NCBI RefSeq assembly: GCF_036321535.1
Contig: NC_087437.1
Span: 104,720,001-104,784,000 of the forward strand
DNA: 64,000 nucleotides
Origin: Camelus dromedarius
Taxonomy: Eukaryota
Direction of reading: 5' to 3'
In this document: piece by piece, positions 1-12,480 of the stretch
Numbering within the stretch: position 1 is the stretch's first letter
How the letters are laid out: each line of letters starts with the position of its first letter
Made by a program: the position numbers and the translations under genes
The notes under the pieces: model-generated
What the model was told of the DNA's origin: nothing
The model's database searches: none
Seen by the model: the letters and a program-made list of their open reading frames with translations, nothing else

Positions 1-59
1 TCATTTTTTGTTTGTTTGTTTGTTTGAGGGGGTAGCATCCTTACCTTACACTCAGTGTC

Positions 60-350
60 CTAAGTCAAAGTGAGCCGCGCTTGCTTTCCTCTTCTCTCTC
101 ATCCCCTGTATTCAATTTGCTGCCACACTTTATCATTTCCCTGTTCTTTAATAGTTCTCTATTTTATGCACTCTTACTGGTGCTCATTTAGTTTCATCCT
201 TCATCATCTCTTACTATTCTAATTCATTTTTTGATTGTACAATTACATGGTTCTTTTCTATTTCTGTATCTAATCCAAATTGTTGCTATGTTGGTCTTTC
301 TAAAAGACAGGTATCATACCCTCACCTTGCTTTAAACACTTCCTTTTTTC
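60..350 (+). mobile_element. L2 LINE relic
   Basis: Degenerate pyrimidine-rich sequence resembling the L2 3' region (ggtctttctaaaagacaggtatcatacc...tgctttaaacac). Confidence 0.45.
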
Positions 351-805
351 TCAATCATACATATTAGCATATTCTAAGTTGCTGGTTTTAGTTCATAAGA
401 GGATTATAAAATCAATTTCATATGTCTGAACTGACAATTTTTAAGGAAATAGAAAATAATAAAATATAACAGAAGAGAAAAATAAATGATAAGAATAGTT
501 TCATGAATACACACTTACCCATTCATCTCTGCATTTAAACATACAAAAACTGTTTTTCAATGTGGTTCCCATTCAAAAGTGGACTTGTACCACAACATCA
601 AAGCTTCTTCCTTCAACATCAAGTCCCTTCATGGCACAGCCTGTGACCAAATGATCAACTTCATTTCTTGTAACTAAGCCCCTTGTACTGTCCTGAAATC
701 CTGTACGCTTCATGATTCCTTAACCCATTGTGATTTATGGATGGATTCCAGACTCTCTTTAATATCTTAGCACAGACACTATCTCTATCAAGATAACATT
801 CTATG

Positions 806-976
806 CACTGGTTCTCAAACTTGAGTATACGTTAGAATTACTTTGAGTTTGTTCACATGCAGATGATTTAACCCAAATTCCCAGAAAGTCTGACTGAGTA
901 TATCTGGGGTTGGGCCAGAGAATTTGCAGGTGATGCCATCGCTGTGGTTCCAGGGACCACAGTTTTAGTCCCATTG
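806..976. mobile_element. MER5A-like hAT-Charlie MITE
   Basis: Ends cactggttctcaaactt... and ...ggaccacagttttagtcccattg; internal tctggggttgggccagagaatttgca is typical of MER5A. Confidence 0.75.
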
Positions 977-1649
977 TTGTATAGTCAACCTCTTAGTCAC
1001 AAAATAGGACAAGAGTCTCTAATCTGGATTCTGATGTTGAGCATGTTTTTATTATACATGTATCATGTTTCATAGATTCATTTGTTATAGTGAAATTATA
1101 TTTATTTTCATGACTTCCTTTGATAGCAGAAATAAGAGGCAATTTATTTGGGAGCAGGAAATATGTTTTCTTTTATGTGGAACACCTAATTAATAAAGAA
1201 TATGTAGTAGATGCTAAAATTCTTTATTTAAAGACTATCTTAATGAAAAACTGAATTTTGAAAGCTTTTACCATATTTAATATTGTAAATGTTTACTTTT
1301 CATACATTTAAAATATTCAGCAGGAAAAGGGCATGATGGTGTATTGAGTGCAATTATAGCTTCCAAACATGTCAAGTAATAATGAAATACTTCAGAGATA
1401 AAGGTGAGCACAGAAAGTTATTTCTTAGTCCCATTACTTATGTATTTATAATAATGAAAGGTATCATTAAGAAACTTTGAGAAGCTATTCTGAAAGTCAA
1501 TTTAAATGTCAGACAAAATTTTTAAAAATCTAATGTTCATGAGGTGAAAACATGTTTGGAATGAAATTTAAGTTAATGTCATAATACATTTCAGCAGTGT
1601 TGCAAAATTCAGTCAAATGTCTGGGAAGAAAAGAAGAGGAAAGTTAGAT

Positions 1650-2088
1650 TTTTATCAACTCACACCTGTTAGAATGGCTATCATCAAAAAGACAAGAAAT
1701 AACAAGGGTTGGTGAGGATGTGGAGAAAAGGAAACTCCTGTGCACTGTTGGTAGGAATGTAAATTGGTGCAGCTGATATGGAAAATAGTAGGAAGGTTCC
1801 TCAAAAAATAAAAATAGAACTACCACATGATCCAGCAGTTTCACTCCTGGGTATTCATTCAAAGGAAACAAAAACACTATTGCAAAAAATGTATGCACCC
1901 TAGTGTTTATAGCAACATTATTTATAATAGCCAAGATAAAAAAAGCCACCTAAGGGCCCGAGGACAGACAGAATGGACAGATGACTGGATAAAGAAGATG
2001 GGAGATAGATAGATAGATATATCAAAACACTATGTTGTACACCTGAAACTAATATAATATTGTAAATCAACTATATTTCAGTTGAAAG
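1650..2088 (+). mobile_element. L1 3' fragment (L1MA9/L1_Art-like) with internal 3'UTR deletion
   Basis: ORF2 C-terminal DNA (cacacctgttagaatggctatcatcaaaaagac; catgatccagcagtttcactcctggg) joined via a GATA repeat to the L1 terminal tgtacacctgaaactaatataat. Confidence 0.8.
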
Positions 2089-2659
2089 AAATCCAACTGG
2101 ACCTCATTTGAATATAAATGGGAATGACAGTCTTTAGGAAGATTATTTTAAAAATTCCAAAAATTAAATTAGGCAATTGAGTGGAAGAGAAATTTATAAT
2201 TCTTTATGCTTAAACCAGGGGATGAAAACTGAAATTATCAAAGAGTAGTGTAAGTTTATGAATTGGAAAGAGTTTTTAATTACAGATATTCACTCTAGTC
2301 ATTTTAAATATAAATTAATTTATCAAGATATTTGAAGTCAGTTGGAGGTCCCAAGCAATTCCAGGAAAAATGGAAGCATGCAGCCACACCACATCTCCAG
2401 GAGAACCAGTGTATCTGCTGTCATAGTGAAGTAGCAGAATTTGAAAGCTGCAAGCACAGTTGCTGAACTCACATCCATCCTGCATTTGCTATAAAAATAA
2501 GTTGCTCAGTCTGAAAGTCTGCTGCTAGATAAGGAGCAGTATACCTTATCATAAGCAATCACTTGATTGATAACCTAGGGGAGAACCTTCTGCAATTGAA
2601 CTGGTGATGGATTTATTTTCAATAAATAATACTCGGCCAATTAGATATCTACACTGAAA

Positions 2660-3340
2660 CATACATAAATAAACCAGAATCCTTTCTTCACACCACAGGA
2701 CAATGATTAATACCAAATGAATTGTAGACCTGAATATGAAAAAGAAAAATAAATAAAAGAAAAGGAGATGAACTTGCTTGAAGAAACCATGAGATTATAT
2801 CACCTGTTAATAGGATTTTTAAAGTAAGGTAAAATGTCCTAAATAAAAAAAGAAAGATAATATGGAATTCATTAAAATTAGAAACAAATTTCTTCAAAGA
2901 GCTACATTAAAAGAGTAAAAAGGCAACCCACAGAATTAGAGAAATATTTTCAGCTGATAAAACTGAAACTAAAACCGATAAAATCGCTTTATACAGACTA
3001 TATAAAATATGATCACACATGAACAAGAAAAGGCTATAAACCTATCTTAATAATGAGTCAACTTATTGAATGGGCACCGTAAAAGAGGAGAAAATAAATG
3101 ACCTATAAATATTTATTAAAGGTACTCAACATCATTATTCATAAGATAAATTCAAGCTAAACCCACAATGATATACTAACTCCCACCACACTGGCAAGCA
3201 CTTAAAAAATACAGTTAATAACAAATGTTCTTGAAAGAATGGAGTTATAGGAATGTTTACATCACTGGTGGAAGTACAGATTGGCATAAACCACTAAAAT
3301 AAATGTATGCACATTTTTTGACTCTATCATTCCACTTCAG
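2660..3340 (+). mobile_element. Ancient L1 (L1ME-like) ORF2 3' remnant
   Basis: Degenerate matches to late ORF2: cttcacaccac...tgaattgtagacctgaatatg; actcaacatcattattcataagataaattcaagctaaacccacaatg. Confidence 0.6.
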
Positions 3341-3438
3341 TCTTAAGGATCAAGGTGACCTAGAATTATTACTGTTTTATCTGAAGGAGAATAACATCAA
3401 CTCTGGACCTTGGACCCTGCAAATTCAAGCTTAAAACT

Positions 3439-3602
3439 CTCTTCCTTCCTTCCTTTCTTCCTTTCCTTCCTTCCTTTCTTTCTTTCCTCCCTCCCTCCCT
3501 CCTTCCTTCCCTCTCTTCCTCTCTTCCTTCCTTCCTTCCTTCCTTCCTTCCTTCCTTTCTTTCCTTCCTTCCTCTCTTCCTCTCTTTCTCTCTTTCTTTC
3601 CC
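3439..3602. repeat. Compound (TTCC/CTTT/CTCC)n polypyrimidine microsatellite
   Basis: About 160 bp of C and T only on the + strand. Confidence 0.95.
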
Positions 3603-3799
3603 AAGCATTTATGTACTTTGATCCAAAATGACTTTGGTTATCATCGAGAGAGGCTCAAGTACCTTTCCATACTGGGAAAATTTAGAATTAAACAAAGAGA
3701 TCAAACTCATACTATATAATATAATATAATACTTTGTATTCATTTCTGATAGAGTGCATGCTTTGTATCTCATGTGCTTGTAATGTCTAAGGGAATTTT

Positions 3800-3905
3800 G
3801 CCTAATAGAAAATCTTACATGTAAGCCCACACTTACCGGGAGGAAATACCTCTGTGCTACCAGCAGGTGGGATCACTGGTGCCTTCTTAGAGGCTGCCTA
3901 CCATG
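3800..3905 (-). mobile_element. MLT1F/G-like MaLR LTR 5' fragment
   Basis: gggatcactggtgccttcttagaggctgcctacca resembles the reverse complement of the MLT1F-type start TGTGGTAGGCAGCCTCTAAGATGGCC. Confidence 0.6.
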
Positions 3906-4033
3906 CATCGAATACTTCTTGGGGAAGTAAAACAGAAAAGACCATAGTTTTCCTCAGGCATGAGGAATTTTCTCCACATCATGGCAAATAAATGGATAAA
4001 AACAAAATATCCTCTAATAAACATTGCAAAAAT

Positions 4034-6390
4034 TACAGATCAGTCAATGTGATACACCACATATCCAAAGGAATGATAAAATTTGCATGATCATCTCAAT
4101 AAGAGAAGCATTTGATGAAATTAAACACCCATTCATGATAAAAACTCACATCAAGGTTGGTATAGAGGGAGCATATCTCAACATAATAAGGCCATTTATG
4201 ATAAACCCACAGACAACAATATACTCAACAGTGAAAAGCTGAAAGCCTTTCTTCCAAAATCAGGCACAAGACAAGGATGCCCACCCTCACCAATTCTGTT
4301 TAGCATAGTTGGAAGACCTAAAATAAAAAAGAAAAGAAGAGACTTCCAAATTGGACAGGAAGAAGTAAAACCATCACTATTTGCCAATGACATAATACTA
4401 CATATAGAAAACCCCAAAGTTTACCAAAGGAAAAAAAAACCCTAATAGAACTAATAAATGAACTCAGCAAAGCTGTAGGATTCTAGATTAAAATACAGAA
4501 ATCTCTTGTTTTTCTATATATTAACAGTGAACTATCAGAAAGCAAAAAATAACATTTAAAATTGCATCAAAAAGAATACAATACTTAGGAATAAACTTAA
4601 CCAAGGAGGCAAAAGACCTATACTCTGAAAACTATGAAAACACGGATGAAGGAAATTGAAAAGGATACAAAGAAATGGAAATATATCCCATGTTCTTAGA
4701 TTGGAATAATTACTATTGTTTAAATTTCCATACTACTCAAAGCAATCTAAAGGTAGAATGAAATCCCTATCAAAATACCTATGACATTTTTCACAGAACT
4801 AGAAAAAAAAAATCCTAAAATTTATAGAGAACCACAAAATTCTCCAAATCACCAAAGCAATCAGAGAAAACAGAACAATACTAGAAGTATAATGCTCCCT
4901 GACCTCAGACTATACCAAAAAGCTAAAGTAATCAAATTGGCATGGTGCTGGCACTAAAACAGACACAGAAATTAATGGAACAGAACAGAAAGCCCAGAAA
5001 TATACCTCCTCACCTACAGTCAATTAATCTATGACAAATGAGGCAAGAATATACAATGGAGAAAAGACGGTCTCTTCAAAAAGTTGTGCTGGGAAAATTG
5101 GACGACTGCATGTATAACAATGAGATTAGAACATTCCCTCACACTATATTACAAAAATAAACTCAAAATGGATTGAAGATCTAAGTGTAAGACTTGAAAC
5201 CATAAAGCTGCTAGAAGAGAACATAGCAAAACACTCTTTGACATAAATCATAGCAATATTTGTTTTGGTTCTGTCCCCTAAGGCAAAAGATATAAAAGCA
5301 AAAATAAACAAATAGGACCTAATAAAATTTAAAAGCTGTTGTGCATCCCAGGAAACTATCCACAGAAGGAAAAGACAGCCTACTGAATGGGAGAAGGTAT
5401 CTGCAAATAATTTGACTTATAAGGAGTTTATATCCAAAAATATAAACATCTCATACAACTCAATATCAGGAAAACAAACAATCCAATTTTAAAAAATGGG
5501 AAGAAGACCTGAATACACTTTATTTTCCCAAAAAAGACATACAGATAAACATGAAAACATGCTCAGCATTGCTAATTATCAGAGAAATGCAAGTCAAAGC
5601 CACAATGAGGTATCGCCTCACACCTGTCAGAATGGCTATCATCAAAAGATCACAAGTAACAAATGTTGGCAAGGATGTGGAAGAAGTGGTACCCTTGTAC
5701 ACTGTTGTTGGGAATGTAAATTGGTGCAGCCACTATGGAAAACAGTATTGAAGACCTTCACAAAACTAAAACTTGACCTACCATATGATCCAGCAATTCC
5801 ACTCCTATTTATATCTGAAAAAAATGGAAATACTAATTTGAAAAGATACATGGACCCCACTGTTCCCAGTGACACTATTTATAATAGCCAAGATATGGAA
5901 GCAACTCAAGTGTCCATCTGCGGGTAAGTGGATAAAGAAGATGCTGTATATGTATATATACACAATGGAATATTGCCCAGCCCTAAATAAAGCATAAATT
6001 TATGTCTTTTGCAGCAATATGGACAGACCTAGATAGTATGATTAGTGAAAAGTCAAACAGACAAATACTGTATGTTATCACTTACATGTGGAGTCTAATA
6101 AATAAAGCAAATGAATGTATATGACAAAACAGTAACAGATTCATACAAAACAACCTTGTAGTTACCAGTGGGGAAAAGGAACTGAGAGGAGCAAGATAAA
6201 TGTATGGGATTAGGAGATGCAAATTATTATGTATAAAATTGATAAGTAACAGTATATCATGTAGCACAAGGAAATATAACCATTATTTTGTAATAACTTT
6301 AAATGGCATATAACCTGTACAGATATTTAAATACTATGCTGTATACCTGAAACTAATGTAATATGTAAATCAACTGTACTTCATTAAAAA
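4034..6390 (+). mobile_element. 5'-truncated L1 (~2.35 kb), RT domain to 3' end, degenerate
   Basis: ORF-track fragments DKICMIISIREAFDEIKHPFMIK and [29 protein letters not shown]1 3'UTR and A-rich end. Possible degenerate TSD aaac(a/t)ttgcaaa(a/g)at at 4019-4033 and 6389-6403. Confidence 0.92.
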
Positions 6391-7429
6391 ACTTTGCAAA
6401 GATATTTGATAAATTTTATTATCCTAGGCTTATAGGCACATGATAGTCATAACTTTATATGTGTCAAATAAATGGGAAAACAACTTGCAAGACACTCAGG
6501 CACGTTGCCAGTTCATTGATTGAACTCACTATATTGAATTGGAGAAGATACGTCTGCATGGATTGAATAAGAAGAGAGAAAGACAGATGGAGTGCACATG
6601 ATATTTCTGCCATTGCACTCCCCAAATCATTTATGATTCTTCCACATAATTATGGTGTGACTATGAGCTTTTTTTCCTTCTGCCCCACTCTAATCAATGG
6701 TTTTCAAGACTGGCAATGAACTTTGCAAGATCTATATTCCAAAGACACACAACAGTAGATTAATCTTTAATTGCAACATATTTGTCTTGAGAAATGTCCT
6801 GGAACATTTTCTTTTTCTGCCCCTATTACCATGTTCCATTCCCACTCAAGCACCCAGGTTTCCTTTTGCTAACCCACCCCGTTCTGTGCCTCCATCTGTG
6901 ACCATAAGAATTTCTCCTTAGCTAAACATATTTTCCGTCTTTCTGTCTCCTTTTCGATAAGTGGAGACTGCCTAACTCACTAACCAGGTTTGAGTCTAAC
7001 ATCAGTGAGGACCAGGCTTATAATGAACTGGTTCAGATACCAGCTGTTTGTGAGCCACAAGTCCTAGTGCTTCAACACAAACAGTCTGTAACACATGTAG
7101 GAACACTGAGTATTTTGGAAGTCCTACAAATAGCAGGGCATTTGGCAAACATCCAAAGCTATAAGATCAGCTATGAATAAGAGTAATGGGGATGAAAACT
7201 GTAAGAAGTGAGCAGAAAAAGATGCATTTTCAGCTTCATTCAATGTTTTATAACATTTTACTAAGAAGAGAAATAAATGTTTTGAACAAGAATATTTATT
7301 TAAATAACATGTCAGTATATTTTACATATAAATTTAAATTTTAAACATGGAATTGACACACAGCTTAATTCTGTCACCATGAAAAATTTCACCATATTAG
7401 CTACATATTAAGTATGTAGCTAATAATTG

Positions 7430-7550
7430 ACTAGTGAACAAATATTTCAATGCATGTCTTCTGTGTGACAGATCTTGTATTAAGTATTGGCAACACAAGG
7501 ATTGCAAGAAAGAAAGGGTATCTGTACTTACCTGGCTTACATTTTAATGT
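7430..7550 (-). mobile_element. L2 3' end relic
   Basis: aacaaatatttcaatgcatgtcttctgtgtgacagatcttgtattaagtattgg resembles the antisense L2 tail. Confidence 0.5.
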
Positions 7551-7819
7551 TACAATGCAATTTGAATCCACTAAACCAAGATCTGTAAGTAATTATTGGG
7601 GATGCTACTTAATTAATTGTATGATAAGCAGGGACTCAGTTTTGAGAAAAAAGTTACATATGCTGGACAAGCAATATTTAAAATGTTTTGTCATGTTATG
7701 AAGTAACAAGAATACCAGAGGAGTCATACTATAATAAATACAAAATTAATATGTAGTCACATTTAAAAATTTATGTATTATAACCAAAACAGATATTCTG
7801 ACATCCAAAATGTAAATCA

Positions 7820-10515
7820 AGAGTTCTGAATGTAAAGAGCTTGGAAATTGCCTACTATCCTAACAACAAAAAAGTAACAGTAAAAAGCTGAATAGACTGA
7901 AAAATTGACACTCTTGTTTTCTGTAAGAAAGGGGAAGACACAGGTCAAATAGCTGAGAAGATAGGTGAATACAGGGAGACATTGCTCACCAGGCACTGGA
8001 CCCAGCTCCATGGTAGAAAAACCTCAAATGTGATTGATGAATTACTAGAGGCCCAGTGTGAAGAACTCTGAGAGTTAAAAGCTCCAGAGAGACCCATTCA
8101 TAATGCAGTCCTCACTGTTTGTGAGATTTATCTCCATGGGCAAGACAAGGCTCTCACAGTAAACATTTTAGGAAAAAAATCTCCTTTTTCATGAGGCCGT
8201 GGTAGGGGGAAAAGAACCATTTATAAATATATCACAGTTCTTTGTTCTTCTTACCAAACCTGCCCTATGGGGAAACTGGTAAATCAGTGTCTAACCTAGT
8301 GGAGCAGTATCAGAGCCTAATTGACCTGGGGAAGGAAAACTACCCAACGCCTGCCTGCTTGAGCCATTATGGTCAACCTAATGGGGACGGGAAAAAAATG
8401 AGAAACACCTGGGAAGTTCATAGTCCAGCAGCATAGGCTAAGACAAAGAGCTAAACACGGGACCGTAGAACACTTTCTTTCCTCCGGTAGCTTACCATCA
8501 CAGTACCGAAGGGCAATTATAAAAGTCTCTTTTCTCCAGTACATCATGTCCAACTAACAAGGGAAAATTATAAGGCATAGAAGAAGCAAAAAAAAAAAGC
8601 ACTCAATTTGAAGAGATAGGTCAACCATCAGAACCACACATGGCAGGGATGTTGGTTATCAGACCAATGATTTCAAACAACCATAATTAACATGTGAAGG
8701 GTTCCAATGGATAAAGCAGGCACACAAAAAGATGTACAGTGTAGGAAGAGAGCTAGAGGATATATTAATAGAAGCTTCTAAAATTGAAAAGCAAAGAAAA
8801 CAAAGACAGAAAAAAAAGAACAAATATACTAAGATTGTGGATAACTAAAAAATGTTGTAACGTATGTGTCATGTGAATGCCCAGGGAGAAGAGAGAAAGA
8901 AACAGAAGCAATACTTGAAACAGTAATAACTGAGAATTTCCTCAAAATAATGTAAAACACCAAACTACAGTTCAAGGAACTCAGAGAATACCTAGCAGGC
9001 TAGATGCCATAAAAACTACACCTTGGCATCTCATTTTAAAATTACCGAAATTCAAAGATAAAGAAGTCAGGGAAAAATAATACCATTCATATAGAAAATA
9101 TAGAAGAATTACATCTGACTTATCCTTAGAAACCATGCACACAAGAAGAGAGTACAGTCAAATATTTAAGATGTTCAGGGAAAAAAAAAAAACCTCCAAC
9201 TTAGAATTCTGTACCTTCTGAAATTATCATTTAAAAGTGAAGGAGAATTAAAAGACTTTCTCAGAGAAACAAAAATTAAAGAAATCTGTTGCCAAGATCC
9301 ACCTTACAAGAAACATTTAAAGAGTTTGAGAGAGGGAAATAGTATAGACAGTAAACTCAGAGCAATGTAAAGAAGGAGCATCAAAAATAAATAAGTAAAG
9401 GTAAATAAAGTTTTAATTTTTCTTATTCTTAATATATGTAACAGATATATATATATACTTGTGTATGGTCATATATAAATGAAATGCATGGCATCAATGA
9501 CAAAAGATACAGGAGAGAGGAATTAGTATTTTTTATTGTTACTATTATAAGATAGTCATGTTACCTGTGAAGTGGTGTAGTGTTACTAGATAGAGGTCTT
9601 GGATTAATTATAAATATATATTGAAAATTCTAAGTCAACCACTAAAAACAAGTTAAAAAAAATAAGCACAATGCATTATGCTAAGAGAGAAAATGGAATC
9701 ATACAAAATATTCTATTAAAACCACAAAAATCAGAAAAAGAGTGGAAGACAGATATAGGAACAAAGAACAAGGGCAAGCAATACAAAACAGTACAGAATA
9801 TGGTAGATATTAATCCAACTATATCAATAATCACTTTGAAAATCAGTAGTCTAAATGTACCAACTAAAAGGCTGAGATCACTGGATCAAAACTCACCAGC
9901 CAGTTATATGTTATCTTCAAGAAATCAACGTTAAACGTAAAGATACATGTAGACTAAAAGTAAATGGTAGGAGGCAAATATACTATGTTTATACTAATCA
10001 AAAGAAAGCCAGAGTAACTATATTAATTTTTTTTCCAGCTTGATCTATTGTCAAGGCAATATACTGGAGATCTATTTTATCATATGATCCAGCAATCATC
10101 CTCCATAGTTTTTACCCAAAGGAGTTGAAAACATACTCACACAAAAACCTGCATATAGATGTTTATAGGAGCTTTATTATAATTACTCGACCTTGGAAGC
10201 AACCAAGATGTCCTTTCAGTAGGTGGACGGATAAATGAACAGTGGTACATCTAGACAATGGAATATTATTCAGCACTAAAAAGAAATGAGCTTCCAAGCC
10301 ATGAAGAGACATGGAAAAGCTTAAAATGCATATTACTAGGTAAAATAAGCCAATCTGAAAAGGCTGCAAACTGTAAAATTCCAACTGTATAACATTCAGG
10401 GAAAGGCAAAACTATGGAGACATTGAAAAGATCTGTGTTTGCCAGTGATTGGAGGAGAGGGGAGCAGTGAATAGGCAAAGCTCAAAGGATTCTAAGGGCA
10501 GTAAAAATACAATGT
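7820..10515 (+). mobile_element. Ancient L1 (L1MC-era): 5'UTR, ORF1 remnant, ORF2 start, large internal gap, 3' region
   Basis: 5'UTR homologous to 44300-45040; ORF1 remnant (actgagaatttcctcaaa; agaattctgtaccttctgaaattatc); EN start ISIITLKISSLNVP; from 10081 catatgatccagcaatc and an L1MC-type 3'UTR. Confidence 0.8.
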
Positions 10516-11699
10516 GGGGCAGTACAGATAAGACAGTTGCACACAGTATGAAAGGCCCTCTGGACATATTAATGAGTATCTCTATGTCCTTTCTCCAGTA
10601 CATTAAATGAAGGAATGTTTTTGTAGGTGAAAGAAAATAAGGGCATGCAGCTATTCAGAAAAAAATAACTCAGAAAATAAACTTTTACCAGTTTTGTATT
10701 TAGAAATATATGGGTTAAAATGCATTACCTGTAGAAACTCCTTTACTACTTTCCTTTTCATCTTCTTGTTTGCCAAGTCTTTGTCATCCTGAGATTATGT
10801 TTGCTGCCTCCTTCATCAGCTGGGGGCTATATTCATGTCCATGTGCTCACTACTTGGGGGGAAAAACGTCCAAGAAAATAGAGTGGTTGTTCCTATTAGG
10901 GCTGGCTTCTTATACTTGGGAATCAGTTAAAGCTTGAGAGCTTGTCTTCATTGAATCTGCTGTTAACTGTCTATAATGTAATATCAAAACTGTAAAAAAA
11001 AAAAAAATCACTCTGCTCCCAGCACAGTAACTTTCTGTCACTTAATATCAAATTTCTATTCAGCTGATGGCTAACAGATATAATAACTCAGTTTTATTTA
11101 CTTAGATCTTGAGTCTATGTGTAATAGAACATTTAAACAGAAGTCAGAGAATGCTTTGAAAGTATTATGGGAGAGGAAATTAATTAATTGGATAAATGAA
11201 TTCCAAGTTTCCTTTCAAATCTGGATTCTTGAGAGCTCAGGGGTTGAATTCATCTTTCATCACCTGCTCCACTCAAAGACAGTAAATCCTGAGTCCCAAT
11301 TTTCTTTCCCTGACAGTTCTGTTTTTTAGCATCTAGTGCTTCCAGTAATTTCACCTATGCAGGGAAGAATAGATTTGGAAAGGAAGAGTATTGCTAACAC
11401 ATTGATATTTTAGTTAAACAATGTTATAAATGTAACATTATGTTTGGATTAAGAGAAAACTGTCAATCTTACAGAAATAGTGGGTAGCATAAAAAAATAT
11501 AAAATAATTCTAAAGGTCAGATAATGTAAGGTGGCATTCAAAAGTCACACACTAAGAATATCCTTAAAAGTTCAGTCTCTCGGCAACTATTTTGTATGAA
11601 ATGATCAAAGGTCATAGAGCATTTTATTTGAAAGTTTGAAAAAAATGATTGTTTACAGCTTGCTTGTATTTTGGTGATTCTATCTTTATTGTCCCTTCT

Positions 11700-12250
11700 T
11701 CTTATCATATAGTCTCTCATTTAACTCCTAATATGTCACTCTGACTACAACATCACTTCTTCAAAGATAGTCTGCCAACTTCTGTTTACTAAAATACAAG
11801 TTTATTCTGTGTTCTCACTCAGCTCAGTCCACCAACAGTATTGGAGACTATTCACCATCATCTTCCCCTTGAGCATTATTTTTCCTTTGGCCTTTGTGCT
11901 AGACTCCTCCTTGTTATATTTTCATTTCTGATCACTCCTTTTTTGCTACAGCTTCCAAATTCAGCTCCTGCAAATACCATTCCTACCTTTTGACTTTTTA
12001 AAAATCTACATCTTAATCTCTTATCAAATTTTCTTGAGTGTCTTGAGATGCATGCTTTTCTCTATTCACCACTATACTCACCTCAATGATCTTGTTTGCC
12101 AGTAAAATTTCTATTTAACCCTTAAGATTTAGGTGACAAGGGTATTTTTTTTTTCCTCGAAGTATTCCTTTACTTTCATGGGTATGTTTAAAGCACAGGG
12201 TCTTTAACGTGTCTACATTTCCCAGGACACAGAAATGACCTTGGCACATT
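11700..12250 (+). mobile_element. L2 relics
   Basis: Degenerate L2-like pyrimidine-rich blocks (ctcagctcagtccaccaacagtattggagactattcacc). Confidence 0.4.
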
Positions 12251-12261
12251 TAATTTACACA

Positions 12262-12480
12262 GTAGAACAATCGAGAGCTTTAGATTAAGAAGTCCTAGAT
12301 TTAAATCCCAGCTCTCTCACTCATACATGTGCTTAAATTTTTAGCAATTTAATTAGTGTCTGGTAGACTTAGTCTCCTCATTTGAAAGAGTTAATACTCA
12401 CCTATAAGGTTTAATGAGAATCAGAAGATAGGCTATATGAATGTGCAGAGAACAATTTCTAGGACTTAGTAGAAACTCTC
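12262..12480 (+). mobile_element. MIR SINE
   Basis: gtcctagatttaaatcccagctctctcact...agtctcctcatttgaaa...aatactcacctataagg: MIR head and core. Confidence 0.7.

Noticed and set aside
3369..3631. KE/R-rich and FLPS-rich ORFs, also at 19108-19370 and 25019-25292
   Set aside because: Translations of CT-rich microsatellites.
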